Of a stretch of 64,000 bases of DNA, positions 40,677 to 54,727 are shown piece after piece. Position numbers and translations under genes: made by a program. How positions within the stretch are numbered: position 1 is the first letter of the stretch; the number at the start of each line of letters is the position of its first letter. Origin of the DNA: Octopus vulgaris (lineage: Eukaryota); NCBI GenBank assembly GCA_951406725.2, contig OX597830.1:13702001-13766000 (forward strand), in the 5' to 3' direction. The notes under the pieces are model-generated. The model saw only the letters and a program-made list of their open reading frames with translations, made no database searches and was not told the origin of the DNA.

Positions 40677-40715
40677 GATGATGATGATGGTGATGATGAT
40701 GGTGGTGGTGATGGT
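40075..40715. repeat. Long (GAT)n/(GGT)n trinucleotide tract
   Basis: Directly visible; gives the poly-Met/Asp/His ORFs. Confidence 0.95.
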
Positions 40716-41873
40716 AAAGCACCGGTGATGTCGTCTGTGTTAATGTAGTTATCGATATAACGATGTTCGTTGTTATTGTTGTCGAACCCTCTCCATCAAG
40801 CCTGGACAAGCAGACTTATGCTTGAAGACATTCCATTCGCGTACATTAAAGTATTTTTTTTTCTTAGACACAAGACCACATTATCGAAACCATCTTATTT
40901 AGAGACGGTAAGGATATGATTTGAGGGATATATGGTGAACAATTCTTGCAGATCATTCAGGAGATCGCACAGATTCTATCTCCCTCGTAACCCCAATTGT
41001 AACTGTTGTTACTAAATACTGAGGTCTTGTTGTTTTGTATGTGTTTTTGTATGTAATGAAATTGCTGATTTACTTCCCCTGTCGCCAATACTTTGTTGCA
41101 CTACGATAATTTCTTTTTACATCATTTGAGAAAAGACTTCTCTGCAAATTTGAAATGAAACTAATTCTTACTTTAATGGAATAACAGTTCCATGGTGAGA
41201 GAAATCTATGGGGGTCAGCTTATATTCACTAAACATATTTTATCTGGAGAACGCATTTACAGAACTAAAAGAAGCAAGAATAGAATTTCAGTGGAATAGT
41301 AAATATTTAACGGATCCTTCACTTGGCAAAACTAATACAACTTTTACCACTAAATAATTGAATAGTTTACTTATGTGTCATAGTTAGAGAATTATGTAAA
41401 ATGCGATCCTGTGCTTCGTGCGTTTGTTTGCTTGGATTTGAGTAGAAATTCTTTGGTAAGCGGCTTAGCATCAATTCCTTTTTGAAATATGAGGATTTTA
41501 GTTCGTATTCTTGTATGTTGACCTTAAGAATAAGGTAAACATACGAGAATAGTTTCTCGCGACCAATTATACATATTCTAGCTAATCCAGTCGTTCCTTC
41601 ATTGAAAGGACCATTTTCTAAGAAACTTTCTAGAAAATTCCACGAAGATTACAATTTTGAGAAAAATTATTTTCAAAATTTCAATTTAAAGAAAACAATT
41701 CCCACCCCTCCCGGCTTTCACAATAATATGAGCTCTTACTGGGGAAACAAAAAAATTCGAAACCAAGCCAATGAGATGTCAGTTCTTATCCAATCCCTTT
41801 TGTCAGCACGATAGATTAAACAGCTGCGATGTATGTTTTTATCAATAACCAACAACACTTACGACAATGCATT

Positions 41874-42289
41874 GGATCTTTTCGGTTTGAACGGCTGTTT
41901 TTTCTAGCGGTGTCATATGAAATTGTCACCCATAATTATGACCCTAGAATCGATCTATTGCATTTCAATCTGTTTCAGGGTTAGGGTTAGGGGTGGAGGA
42001 AAGGATATCTTTTTTCTTCACAAATGTAAATAAACCCAATCTGTTTCTTAAACGAGGGACATATTCATACGGCACAGAATGTTTGTTTACCTCCATAGAC
42101 GTCATTGATTGGTTGAAATTGCAGAAATTGAAGAAAAAATCAACAAATATCTTACAAACTATAGAATTTTCTCAGAAAAGCCAAGAGAAAAAGATGTTTT
42201 ATAAACACATTCTACCAGTATACAAAGTTTAAGATTTTTTAGTTACCTAGAAATTAAGTTAAAAACTGCCGTTCAAACCGAAAAGATCC
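41874..42289 (+). mobile_element. MITE, Merlin-like, with internal (TTAGGG)n
   Basis: TIR GGATCTTTTCGGTTTGAACGGC / GCCGTTCAAACCGAAAAGATCC; 8-bp TSD AATGCATT; second copy at 61884-62329. Superfamily inferred from GG termini plus 8-bp TSD. Confidence 0.85.
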
Positions 42290-43264
42290 AATGCATTCCT
42301 GTGTCTGCGGAGCACCACTGTAACACGAAATTTTGATGCTTTCTAGCCTGTTGGTGATTCGGTATACTCAGCCGTCAGTGATCTTGGTATACATTTCCGA
42401 AACAATGTTGGCTCATTGTAAAAAAAAAAAATAGAGAGAAAAGTATAAAAGGACACTAGAAAAAAAAAAGGTGGTTGAAGAAAAAAATGGGCGATAGGAT
42501 TAGGGACTAGATGGGAATGTGGTTTTATGAGAGAATTAAGAAGAGGTGTGTACGAAATGAGAGAGCGTGTATAAGAGTACAGATCTGTGTGTACGTGGCG
42601 AGGTGTGTGTATGTGTTTTGTCTTGCGGGTGTGGATATGCGAGTGTGAAAGTGTAATGATGTGGCGGTAGTGGCAGTGTGGGTAGTTGGTATGTCTGTTG
42701 AATCATCGTATTGTGTGTAAGTAAAGCGTAGAAAGGCGGAGGTGGTAGCGGGTTCGAATGTGAGGTGAAAGAGAAAGGTAAGACGAAGGGTGTGGAAAAA
42801 GTGTTAACGTGTGGGTGTAAGACGCAGTTGGTAGAGAAGTGAGAGAGGAAGGGAATAAAAAGGGGAGAGAAAAAGGATTAGGGTAATTGATAGAGCTGCG
42901 TGCACGTGTCGGAATGTAAAGCGTATGGCGGTGAGGTGGAAGGGAGAAAAAGAAAACGGAAAAAGTAATTATAAAAAATAGTAAAAAAAAAATTGAAATA
43001 ATGAAAACAGGCGGGAATGAAAAAAAAGAACAACAGAGAAAAGGTGCGAGAACAGGGACGGGGGTGGGGAAGAAAATTAAGGGAAAATGGCGAAAAATAT
43101 TTACAAAAAACATAAATGAAGAAATACACAAGAAACACATGTTTATGTATATATGTATTATGTATATTATGTATACATACATATACATATATACTATGCA
43201 TATTATATATAATACATATATACATAAACATATGTGTTTGTATGTGTGTGTGTGTGTGGTGTGC

Positions 43265-43497
43265 GTCTCTGTCTGTATATCTGTGTGTGTTTGTCTGTGC
43301 TTGTCTCCCATCAGCGCTTAACAACTGGTATCAGTGTGTTTACACCCCAGTAAGTTAGCGGTTCGGCAAATAAACCGAAAGAATAGGAGCCGGATCTAGA
43401 AAAAGAAAAAAAAAAGAAAGGAACGGGTTGATTCATTCCACTAAAAATTCTTCGAAGTACTGATGCATCATGGTTGCAGTCTAAGAACTGAAACAAG
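43265..43497 (+). mobile_element. SINE family B 3' part, old copy
   Basis: TTAGCGGTTCGGCAAA...GCATCATGGTTGCAGTC..CTGAAACAAG. Confidence 0.7.
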
Positions 43498-43498
43498 C

Positions 43499-43651
<153 letters not shown>

Positions 43652-44338
43652 CATACATACATATGAGCGCGTACGCGCCACTGGTGAAAAGTCTGTCCAG
43701 GTAATATAACTTACGTAAGTCCGGAAAGGTGGAAGGTAATAAACAAAGAAAAAAGCATAGGTGTAAGTATGTGTAGAAGTTCTAAAACAGGGAGAGAGAC
43801 AGAGAGAGAAAGAAAGAGAGAGAGAGAAAGACAGAGGGAGAGAGAGGGAGAGTGAGGGAGGGAGAGAGAGGGAGAGAGAGAGAGAGAAAAGAAGGAGCAT
43901 TTTAAAAACGTTTTTACACGTTTGCAGCGATTCCTAAGTATTCAAAGATGAAAATTGGCGAAATCCAGGTGTAGTTTCTAGTGGTGAATAATGAAGGGAG
44001 GGACAGAGCCGATGAAAGTAGAGTCGGAGCGTTTCGTAAGGTAATCGTAAGGTGGAAGGAAAAAGGCAGGAAGAAAAAAAAATCTTTTGAATGAATGTGA
44101 AGCAAAAGAGATGAGGAGAATTAGAAGTTTGTGTGTGTGGTGTTTGTGTGTGTGTGGTGTTTGTGTGTGTGTTAGCTAGCTAAAGAATTGGTAGCAAGGA
44201 AGGTGTTAAATACAGTTGTCAAACAAAGATGGAGTGAAGGTGTGTGAGTGAGTGAGAAAGTGTGAGGTTAGGGTGGGGAGGAAAGTGTGAATGTGACGGG
44301 GGCGCAAGGGACGTGCATGCGAGAGGGTTAAAAGAGAA

Positions 44339-44449
<111 letters not shown>

Positions 44450-44826
44450 TTATCTATCTATTCCTGTGATTTCTATTGCACCCCTTAAATTCAAACAAAT
44501 CCACTGCATTGCTTTTAAGTTTGGTATATTATTTTCGGTAACTTTTGAGGAACCGCTCTGTTAGGAGTGGAGGGGGGCGTAAACAAAACAATAACAATTC
44601 TAAAGTGGTGTGGTGGCCAAATAGAAGCCCAAAACAATACCTTTCCTCACTGTAATTTTCTATTAATGAACCCCTTATAAAGCACATACGTGTCTTCTAT
44701 ACTACTTTATTCTCTTCTACCCCTCTTTACCAACACCACCCGTAATTATAATTCACATGCACCCATGTACTCCAGCAAAACAACAGCTGGCCACAAACTA
44801 TTTGAAATCGAAAAGAGCCAAACTAA

Positions 44827-44870
44827 ACTGCCCTCGGATGAAGCCGAGCAAGCCAAAAATTTAAGGCAGT
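44827..44870 (+). ncRNA. Decayed minimal hammerhead motif
   Basis: ACTGCCCT-CGGATGA-A-GCC-GAGCAA-GCC-AAAA-ATTT-AAGGCAGT; stem I 7/8 paired; about three substitutions in the core and stem II. Confidence 0.5.
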
Positions 44871-44930
44871 GTCAGCTCTTTCCTTTTTTGTAAAGCTTAA
44901 TAAATAAACACTTTATAAAAAGAATTACAC

Positions 44931-45248
44931 TGTTGTGTCTGAGGAGAGTCATTCTCTTTTAGTGCCTTATTATTTAACACACTCACCGGTAAAATTTCCA
45001 CTTATCTCTTATTTTTATTTTCCTAAAAGTTTCGTTGCGTCTTGCAACCTTTTCAATAGTCTTGACTCTTTTCAAAAGTCAACCTTTTCAATAGTCTTGA
45101 CTCTTTTCAATAGTCAAGACTATTGAAAAGGTTGCAAGATGCAACGAATATTTTAGAAAATAAAAATAAGAAATAAGTGGAAATTTTACCGGTGAGTGTG
45201 TTAAATAATAAGGCACTAAAAGAGAATGACTCTCCTCAGACACAACAG
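44931..45248. mobile_element. Foldback (~135-bp arms) with a U3-A8 hammerhead-like motif
   Basis: Arms 44931-45067/45113-45248; spacer built from short duplications of the arm end; third copy at 46048-46174. Confidence 0.85.
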
Positions 45249-45518
45249 AAGATGCTTCAACACACGAACTCATATAAAGAATCTTGCAAACCAAATCCAA
45301 AAACGAAAAAAGATTACGTAATCCTGTTTAACGCTAAAGTTCTTCTGTATAATTTAAGAACAAATAATATGTGTATATACATATATATTTGTGCGTGTGC
45401 GTGTGCGTGTGGGTGGTACTCTAACATGACAGCAGCCACACGGCTAAAACAAAAGAATATATATATCCATGATATGGCTTTGTATATTATCTTCTATATC
45501 TGTGTAGGTATGTATACA

Positions 45519-45590
<72 letters not shown>

Positions 45591-45666
45591 ATGTAATTTG
45601 TATACTGTTATATATTTGCTACAGATTGCTTGAAGCTAACTTTCTTCCTACACCTCAATCTCTGGA

Positions 45667-45725
<59 letters not shown>

Positions 45726-45799
45726 TACATACATACATACATACATAGATACATACATACATACATATTAACATACATACATACAAACACATATACCCG

Positions 45800-45962
45800 A
45801 GGGTTCTTTTAGTGTCCGTATTTCGAACCCACTCACAAAGCTGTGGTCGGCCCTAGGCTACAGTAGAAGATATTTGCCCGGGGTGCAACGTTGTGAGACT
45901 GAAGCTGGAACCACGTGGTTTGAAAGCTATCTTCATACGACACAGCCACGCTTGCGCCTACA
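45800..45962 (-). mobile_element. SINE family B 5' part, old copy
   Basis: Diverged reverse-complement match to the family B head. Confidence 0.7.
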
Positions 45963-46419
45963 TAGTATACATATGTAAATATATAGCTAAAAAAGTAAAT
46001 AAAGTTAGAAAAGGCAGAAGTATATTTTAGAGAATGTTTAATTTTTTTGTTGTGTCTGGGGAGAGTCATTCTCTTTTAGTGCTTTATAATTTAACACACT
46101 CACCGGTAAAATTTCCACTCTTTTACTTATTTATCTTTCTAAAATTTTCGTTGCGTCTTGCAACCTTTTCAATACTTGTTGACAATAGTTGTTTTGTAAC
46201 AGTGAGTGACTTAAAATAATAACCAGTTTCAATGTATCCATCTTATCAAATATTGAAAAGCATGTTTTTTTTGGAAGTAAAAAAAAAAAATTGTGGGTTA
46301 GCAGTTTGTACCTATGTTTTAGTTATGTGTGTGTATGTGTGTGTGAGTGTGTGTGTGTTTGTGTGCGTGTATGTTCATATACAATGTTCATACAACTACT
46401 GTATACCTCGCATATAATA

Positions 46420-47592
46420 CTAGGGTAGACTGAGCCATTCATAGGCTGTCTATGAAGGAGCGATGCTAGAACTGTGAAATTTTGCATGCATTAATTTCTG
46501 GTAGCGACTTCTCTTGAAAATAGACAAGATTTGTCATTGTGGTGGTAGCATGTTTAGCACTCAAGAACATTTATGTTGACATGGCTGCCACATCAGGGGG
46601 TGACGCCCCACCTTCGTGAACACTACCAAAGTGGGTGACTGAACTTAGAAGGGGAAGGGAGAGTCTTGAAGATGACCCAAGATTTGAACTTCTTGCAATT
46701 TCCATCGCGGTGGAGAACATTGATCATGTTCATCACATGGTAATGTATGACAGGGGACTGACTATAAATCAAACAGCCAATGATATTGACATATATTATG
46801 AGGGAGTTGAGAATTTTCTGCACAATGAACTTGGTACGACGAAGTTTTCTCCTTGGTGGGTGACACGGTTTCTGACACCTGACCAAAAGCGATATTAAGC
46901 TGATCACATCACGGGGGAAATCTGACATTCCTCGAGTCAGATTCAGCTGGTTTTCTTTAGCGTTTCCTAAGCCAGTATGCGTATTGGGTTGATCACTTTG
47001 AGCCAGAAACAAATAGACAAGCCATGCAATGGAAACACACCTCATCTCGTGCTCCAAAGAATGCCACGGTCACTTGATCTGCAGAGAAGGTGATGGCCTC
47101 AGGTTCGGGGACTCAAAAGGCATTGTGTTTATTGACTATCTTCAGAGCACTGTGCCAAAACGCCGAGGTAGAAAAGAAAGGCTATCTAGAGCAAACGGCC
47201 AGGAAAACTGACGAAAGAGATTTTGTTTCATTAGGGCAATGTTCCATCACACAAGTCGTTTATTTCAATGGCTTCTGCGCAGGACTGGCTTTGAACTGGT
47301 TGATCAGCGTCCGTATTCTCCTTACTTGGCCCCATCTGACTATCAGCTGTTTCAAACATGAAAAAAAACACTTGGATGTGAACCAGCATTGCAGTGATGA
47401 TATCACATCTGCTGTTGATGGCGTTTTAGATCAACAGGATGAAAGCTTCTTCACCGATGTTATCTAAGCCCTGCTAACCCGATGATGGAGTATATGGACC
47501 GCAGGGGGTGGGGCGCATGTTGAAATATAAACCTCATTCGGTCACATTCTCTGAGAGTATGTTGGTCAGCCTAGGAAGTTTTCAACCAACCT
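46420..47592 (+). mobile_element. mariner transposon, decayed near full length
   Basis: RRGRESLEDDPR, WWVTRFLT (WVPRLL motif), SAEKVMAS..DSKGIVFIDYL, PYSPYLAPSDY; degenerate TIRs. Confidence 0.88.
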
Positions 47593-48973
47593 CTGAGATT
47601 ATTGTGTTGCTTTTGTTATTGTTTAAATGAATTTTCTTGATATATTTGATATTGTTATTATTGCTATCATTATTACTTCTTTTTTTATTAGGTTTTACCG
47701 ATTTTATTATTTCAAATTTCACTGCTGTATCAATCTGCAATCTCTCTTTCCGTACATCCATATCTTTAAAAAAAAATCCCTTTCAAAATGGGGAACGTTA
47801 ACAATAAAAGCTGTACTGATGACAGCACAAAGCTAACATACACATACAGTCAATACACTGAAGTTTCGAACAAAAGTAAATTGATGACTGTTATCATTGA
47901 AATCTAACGGACAAAAGTTATATTAAAGAGATTAATGCTTACAACACACCACATTGACTCCTCCTATAACAATAAATCACGTCAATATTATTTGAATCTG
48001 AAGATTAGACGATGAAGATCTAAAAACATTCATTAAGGATTTTGGAATTTAATGTGCCAAACAAACTTCAAGAAAATCATGTGAAATATGAAGAAAGTTT
48101 TATAAAAATGAGAAAACTAGAACACACACATACATACATAAATACATACATACGTACGTACGTACGTATATGTGTATCCATGCATGTATGTATGTATGTA
48201 AATGTATAAGTATAAATGAAAGCGTGATTTTATATTTGTGACAACTTAATATAAATAAACAGATGAAGAGTAGGTCAGATATATAATACTTATATTGTAA
48301 GAAATTATTAATTAGCAGTATTAAGGAATCATGTTATAGATTATATACCCAAACAAACATTATATATCCAAACAAACATTATATACCAAACAAATATTGT
48401 TTCAGCAGTAAATTAACAAAAAAATGTTATTCGCGTGTATGTGAGGATTATTTTTCAAAAGAATAAATAATATCATTGAGAAAATAATGTTTAATTTGAA
48501 TTTTTGTTGCAAGTATTGTAAACTATATCTGAGTGAGTCATCCTTGATGCAGTTATCATAACAATTCAAGTGTGCCTAGTTTAGCAGAGTGGTTCAGCTA
48601 ATGTTTACTTATAAAATCAAATATAATATAGAAATATATATCAGAACTGATGGACACGCACAGCGAAATACATAGATATAGAATATACATAGATACATAG
48701 ATATCAAGACACATACATGCATACATACATACGCACATATACTTACATTTATATATGTATGTACATCATTATATGTATACCATCTATATGTAAATTATGT
48801 ATCAATATATGCATATATATGTACACATTTATATATAGATATATGCAAATATTTAGGCGGGGATTCTCATGTATTTATATATATATATGTATGTATGTAT
48901 ATATATGTATATATCTGTATATATATATGTATATATATATATATATGTAAAAGTATATGTACAGATATATGAC

Positions 48974-49018
<45 letters not shown>

Positions 49019-49136
49019 TATATACATACACATAGTTATATACATATACATATATGTGTGTATGCGTTTATGTTAGTGCGCATATGCGCATATTTCCGTT
49101 TTCTTTTCTCTTGCAGAAAGAAATTTCTCGGTCTTT

Positions 49137-49186
<50 letters not shown>

Positions 49187-49370
49187 CTATCTCTCTCACA
49201 CTATCTCTCTTACACTATCTCTCTTACACTATCTCTCTTACACTCACATCCACACATACTCAAATTCTCTTTAGTCTATGAAAGTCAGGTGGATTTATTG
49301 CCTTCTGCAATACAAACACCAACATAAGATTAGTTGTCATTTACATGTCCTTTAAAAGTTATCCATCACA

Positions 49371-49423
<53 letters not shown>

Positions 49424-49639
49424 ATGTACGTACGCCCTTTTTCTGTCTTTAGTTTTATAATTTTAGATGGGCCACCTACTTGGTAGAAAGGTGGTGTTTT
49501 AACCATCATTTGAATCATAAGAAGCTCTTGTAGGTTTTTATAACCCGGATATTGCGATCATTTGTAACATATAAATTAAGGATTTACATTCTCACCCCAA
49601 GATCCCAATAGAAAACCTCAGTATATTACAAGAAGATAA

Positions 49640-49770
49640 GATCGAAGTGACATTAGCTTTCATCCTATCGGGGTCGATGAAATAAGTACCAGCTGAGTAC
49701 TGGGGTCGATATAATCGACTAGCCCCATCGCCGAAAATGTCAAACCTTCTGCCTATAGTGGAAAGGAATA
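49640..49770 (+). mobile_element. SINE family A 3' part
   Basis: CTTTCATCCTATCGGGGTCGATGAAATAAGTACCAG. Confidence 0.75.
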
Positions 49771-50061
49771 TATTTTAGGAAGATAAAAGCCTCCTTTATA
49801 GCAAAAGTAGAAAAATAATACCCAGTTTCGACAACATTTTTTAAACTTCTAGATTCCTACAACCATAAAGCAACCAGATTAATTACGAAATAAAAATTCC
49901 CAACACGAAATCTATCCATAATATAGTGTAATAAAATTTTAACTAATATAGTGATACTTTTAGAACTCTAGCAATAATGATTTCAGGTACTAACGAAAGT
50001 TTCAAAAACATTCACTCTCTTTGTCTCTGTCTGTCTGCCTGTCTCTCTCTCTCTCTCTCTG

Positions 50062-50110
<49 letters not shown>

Positions 50111-50248
50111 CTCTCTCTCTCTCTGTGTCTCTCTCTCCCTCTCTAATATATATATATATATATATTTAGTGTTATGACACTATCTGCAGAGCTTAACGTA
50201 TTACTATGCTAGCTTTACGAGTATATATCTATTGAAATGTATATATAT

Positions 50249-50326
<78 letters not shown>

Positions 50327-50339
50327 GCGTATATTCTTT

Positions 50340-50825
50340 TATGGTTTCAGCCCTAAGGCTGTGGCCATGCTGGAGCGCGGCTAATAAAACCTTTGTCTTT
50401 TATCTTCTAGTTGCTTCAGTCATTAGCCTGGGGCTATGCTGGGGCACTACCTTGAAGACCATTAATCGATGGAATCGACTCAATTACATTTTTTAAAGCT
50501 TAGTACTTATTCTATCGGTTACTTTTGCCTGACCGCTATGTTACGTGTACTTAAAACACATTGACATTGGTTGTGAAGCGGTTGGGGTGGGTGGGGGACA
50601 GAGACAGAAAGACAGACAGACAGATACATACACACACACATACACGCACTTAGGCACACGCACACATATATACATGATGAATTTCTTTCAGTTTCGTCTA
50701 CCACAGCCACTCAAAAAGCTTTGGTCAGCCAGAAGCTATCGTAGAAGATACTTGCCCAAGGTGCCTCGCAGTGGGACTGAAATTCGACCCATATGCTTGG
50801 GAAGCAAAGTTTTACACCAATCATG
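50340..50825 (-). mobile_element. SINE family B, old copy
   Basis: Diverged reverse-complement match including CTTGCCCAAGGTG and GCAGTGGGACTGAA. Confidence 0.75.
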
Positions 50826-50829
50826 TCTA

Positions 50830-50835
50830 CATCTA

Positions 50836-50926
<91 letters not shown>

Positions 50927-51265
50927 GTATGTATGTATGTATGTATGTATGTATGTATGTATGTATGTATGTATGTATGTATGTATGTATGTATGTATGT
51001 ATTTATGAATGTATGTATGTATGTATTTATGAATGTATGTATGTATGTATGTATGTATGTATGTATGTATGTATGTATGTATGTATGTATGTATGTATGT
51101 ATGTATCTATCTATCTATCTATTCATTTATCTCGCTATCTATCTATATATCTGTCTGTCTGTGTGTCTATCGATCTATCTATCTATCTATACATACATAC
51201 ATACATACATACATACATGCACACATACATGCATACACATATGCATACATGCATACATACATACA

Positions 51266-51297
<32 letters not shown>

Positions 51298-51298
51298 C
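50830..51298. repeat. (CTAT)n/(GTAT)n/(ACAT)n compound microsatellite
   Basis: Directly visible. Confidence 0.95.
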
Positions 51299-51521
51299 AC
51301 AGCCAATGAAAAGAAGAAGACAGAGAAATACTTTTTCTTCTTCTTCTTATCATTGGATTATCTACTCTTCGCCAAACCATATGACGGTATAATCGTTGTG
51401 AAACTTGGATTTTCTGCACCAGACGCATTCCGGGTTTGGTGTGGATCCCGACAGTGTTGATAGCCTAGTATTCTCTGGAAATTCCCCAACTTCACATCTA
51501 AACTGATCGTAGCCATATATA

Positions 51522-51730
51522 CTCTTTTACTCTTTTACTTGTTTCAGTCATTTGACTGCGGCCGTGCCGGAGCACCGCCTTTAGTCGAGCAAATCGACCC
51601 CGAGACTTATTCTTTGTAAGCCCAGTACTTATTCTATCGGTCTCTTTTGCCGAACCGCTAATTGACGGGGACGTAAACACACCAGCATCGGTTGTCAAGC
51701 AATGCTAGGGGGACAAACACAGACACAGAA

Positions 51731-51765
<35 letters not shown>

Positions 51766-51936
51766 CATATATACGACAGGCTTCTTTCAGTTTCCGTCTA
51801 CCAAATCCACTCACAAGGCATCCGTCGGCCCGGGGCTATAGTAGAAGACACTTGCCCAAGATGCCACGCAGTGGGACTGAACCCGGAACCATGTGGTTGG
51901 TAAGCAAGCTACTTACTACACAGCCACTCCTGCGCC
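51522..51936 (-). mobile_element. SINE family B, young full-length copy
   Basis: Near-identical reverse complement of 26738-27142. Confidence 0.92.
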
Positions 51937-51940
51937 TATA

Positions 51941-51974
<34 letters not shown>

Positions 51975-52096
51975 AGCATATATATATTGTACAATTGTGT
52001 GTCTGTATGTGTTTGCATTTATGTATATTTACATTCACACTCACACACAGAGACAAGCATGCACGCTCACCCACATGCGTATACACACATAAACAG

Positions 52097-52227
<131 letters not shown>

Positions 52228-52732
52228 CATATCTTTCTCATTTATTCATCGATTTAACACTATGTAAAAACTGGAACCAACCTTAACTTTAATATTGACT
52301 TAATACATCTCTTGCATTTAGAAAATTAACCACTAATCTGACGAATTAAAGTACATTTTAGCTCGCTCCGTACGGCATTTATGAAATAAAAACAGAGATT
52401 TCGATGTTACCAAAAAAAAAAAAAAAAATAATAAAGAAAAAGAAAAAGAAAAAAAAACTAGCAATCTAATCATTTTAATTAGCCATGATTAATTAGTTGA
52501 AGAAGTAACACTTGACAGGGAGGTAATAGTCAACAACATTACAATTAAGCTGCAAAGAAAGCGAAAAATAAAATCAAATATCTTTTTTAAAAAATCAGCT
52601 ACGGTAGATTTTTTTTTTTATTCTTTTCACTCATTTTAGTTTAGTTTTGCCTAATTAGGAGTTGATCGTAAAAAAAAAAAAATACAACTTCAGAATATGT
52701 GTATATATATTTCAGGTGTCAGCCCTAATCTG

Positions 52733-52764
<32 letters not shown>

Positions 52765-53103
52765 CAAGAACTGCAGTTATTTTGGATGATTGTGTATATC
52801 AATGTGTATCTCATTCTGGAAATGTAGTTTAACCTATAGAAAGAAACATCTGAGTTAGAGGCCTCAATTAATGCGAGTACTTTGTTAGGGAAAGAGTGAC
52901 TCTCTTTGATATTGGATAAACAGCAATTACTGAGGCAGAATGCTTGTGTGTGTTGGTATGTGGTAATAGTTACATGGAGGGTTCACTGTAGTGTTTCTTT
53001 GTGTCTTTGTGTCTGTGAATCTGCGTGCATGTGTGCACGGATATGCAATTCATTCCCCATGATTCGTTGTAGGCGTCTTTAAGTGCATATACAGAAATAC
53101 ACG

Positions 53104-53155
<52 letters not shown>

Positions 53156-53259
53156 TATGTGTGTGCATACATATAACTGTAGACATATATAAACATAAAC
53201 ATATATATATATGTATATAGATATAAATGTATATATACATATATATATCCATATAGACA

Positions 53260-53387
<128 letters not shown>

Positions 53388-53421
53388 AATACATGTACAT
53401 ATAGATAGATTTATATATATG

Positions 53422-53506
<85 letters not shown>

Positions 53507-53849
53507 ATCTATCTATATACATACATGCACACACACACACTTATATCTGTTATTCCTGATGATGCTTCATAAGTCCTGTTTTTAAGGCGATATCGTGTGA
53601 TGTTATTCATTGCTGAGACTTGTTTTGCATCTCACATCCTCACTGCATTATGTTACTGATTACTGCACTGAGTGCAACTTCGAGGGAAGGGGAACTCAGT
53701 TACACGACCCCAGTACTCGACTGAAATGATGAAAGTTTAAGTCGACCTCGGCGTAATTTGAACTCAGAATGCGAAGACGGACGAAACGCCGCTTAGCATT
53801 TTACTTATGATTCTGTCAGCTCGTCGCCCAACAAATTCTTTAGAATAGA

Positions 53850-54196
53850 GTAAAGGCAAAAGACCCTCTTCGGCCATTAATGACCATGGGATTGCACTTA
53901 GAAAGTTCTACTGCGAAGCACAAGTCCGGCAAGGTTGTTTATGGAAACCAGCAGTTCACCATGCATACCAGCCTCCCTTCTCTACGGCTTTGGTGTTTTC
54001 CTAAGAAAAGGCAAAGGCCGATACAGCTATGCACTAGCGTCGTCGCATCTCATTTTTGTCAGCTGAGCGAACTGGAGCAACGCGAAATAAAGCGTCTTGC
54101 TCGAGAACAAGAGCACATAGCCTGGTCCGGGAATCAGACTCACTACCTCATGATTGTGAGCTTGACGCTTTAACCACTTAGCCATGCGCCTTCACC
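53850..54196 (-). mobile_element. SINE family D, diverged
   Basis: Reverse complement of the 1449-1740 head (GAAGGCGCATGGCTAAGTGGTTA..CACAATCATGAGGTAGTGAGT). Confidence 0.8.
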
Positions 54197-54351
54197 TAAA
54201 AAATATTAATGGGAATAACAGACGACCATTCTAATACGTATATATACTTGAATAACTTTAGAAGGAATAAAAACTTCAAGCGACATTCAGTAATCTAAAT
54301 GCGTTATGGACTTCATCGCCTACTACTGAGTTAAGATCGGTATTCCTGAGA

Positions 54352-54566
54352 AACGTTAGCACGCCTGGCGAAATGCGTAGCCGTATTTTGTCTGCCGTTA
54401 CGTTCTGAGTTCAGATTCCGCCGAGGTCGACTTTGCCTTTCATCCTTTCGGGGTCGATAAATTAAGTACCAGTTACGCACTGGGGTCGATATAATCGACT
54501 TAATCCGTTTGTCTGTCCTTGTTTATCCCCTCTGTGTTTGGCCCCTTGTGAGAAGTAAAGAAATAG
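54352..54566 (+). mobile_element. SINE family A, 5'-truncated, with TSD
   Basis: TSD GGTATTCCTGAGA at 54339-54351 and 54567-54579. Confidence 0.9.
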
Positions 54567-54727
54567 GTATTCCTGAGACGCTTAAGAGTAGCTTGTTTAG
54601 ATATATACAATCCATCGAAGATTTCTCTTTAATCTTTAATCTTTAAATTTGATCCCTATGAGATACTTTGTGTGTGTATGTGTGTATTATATATACATAT
54701 AGATATACATACATATGTACATACATA

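Noticed and set aside
40062-40748. 228-aa poly-Met/Asp ORF
   Set aside because: Pure (GAT)n expansion with no domain or splice evidence.
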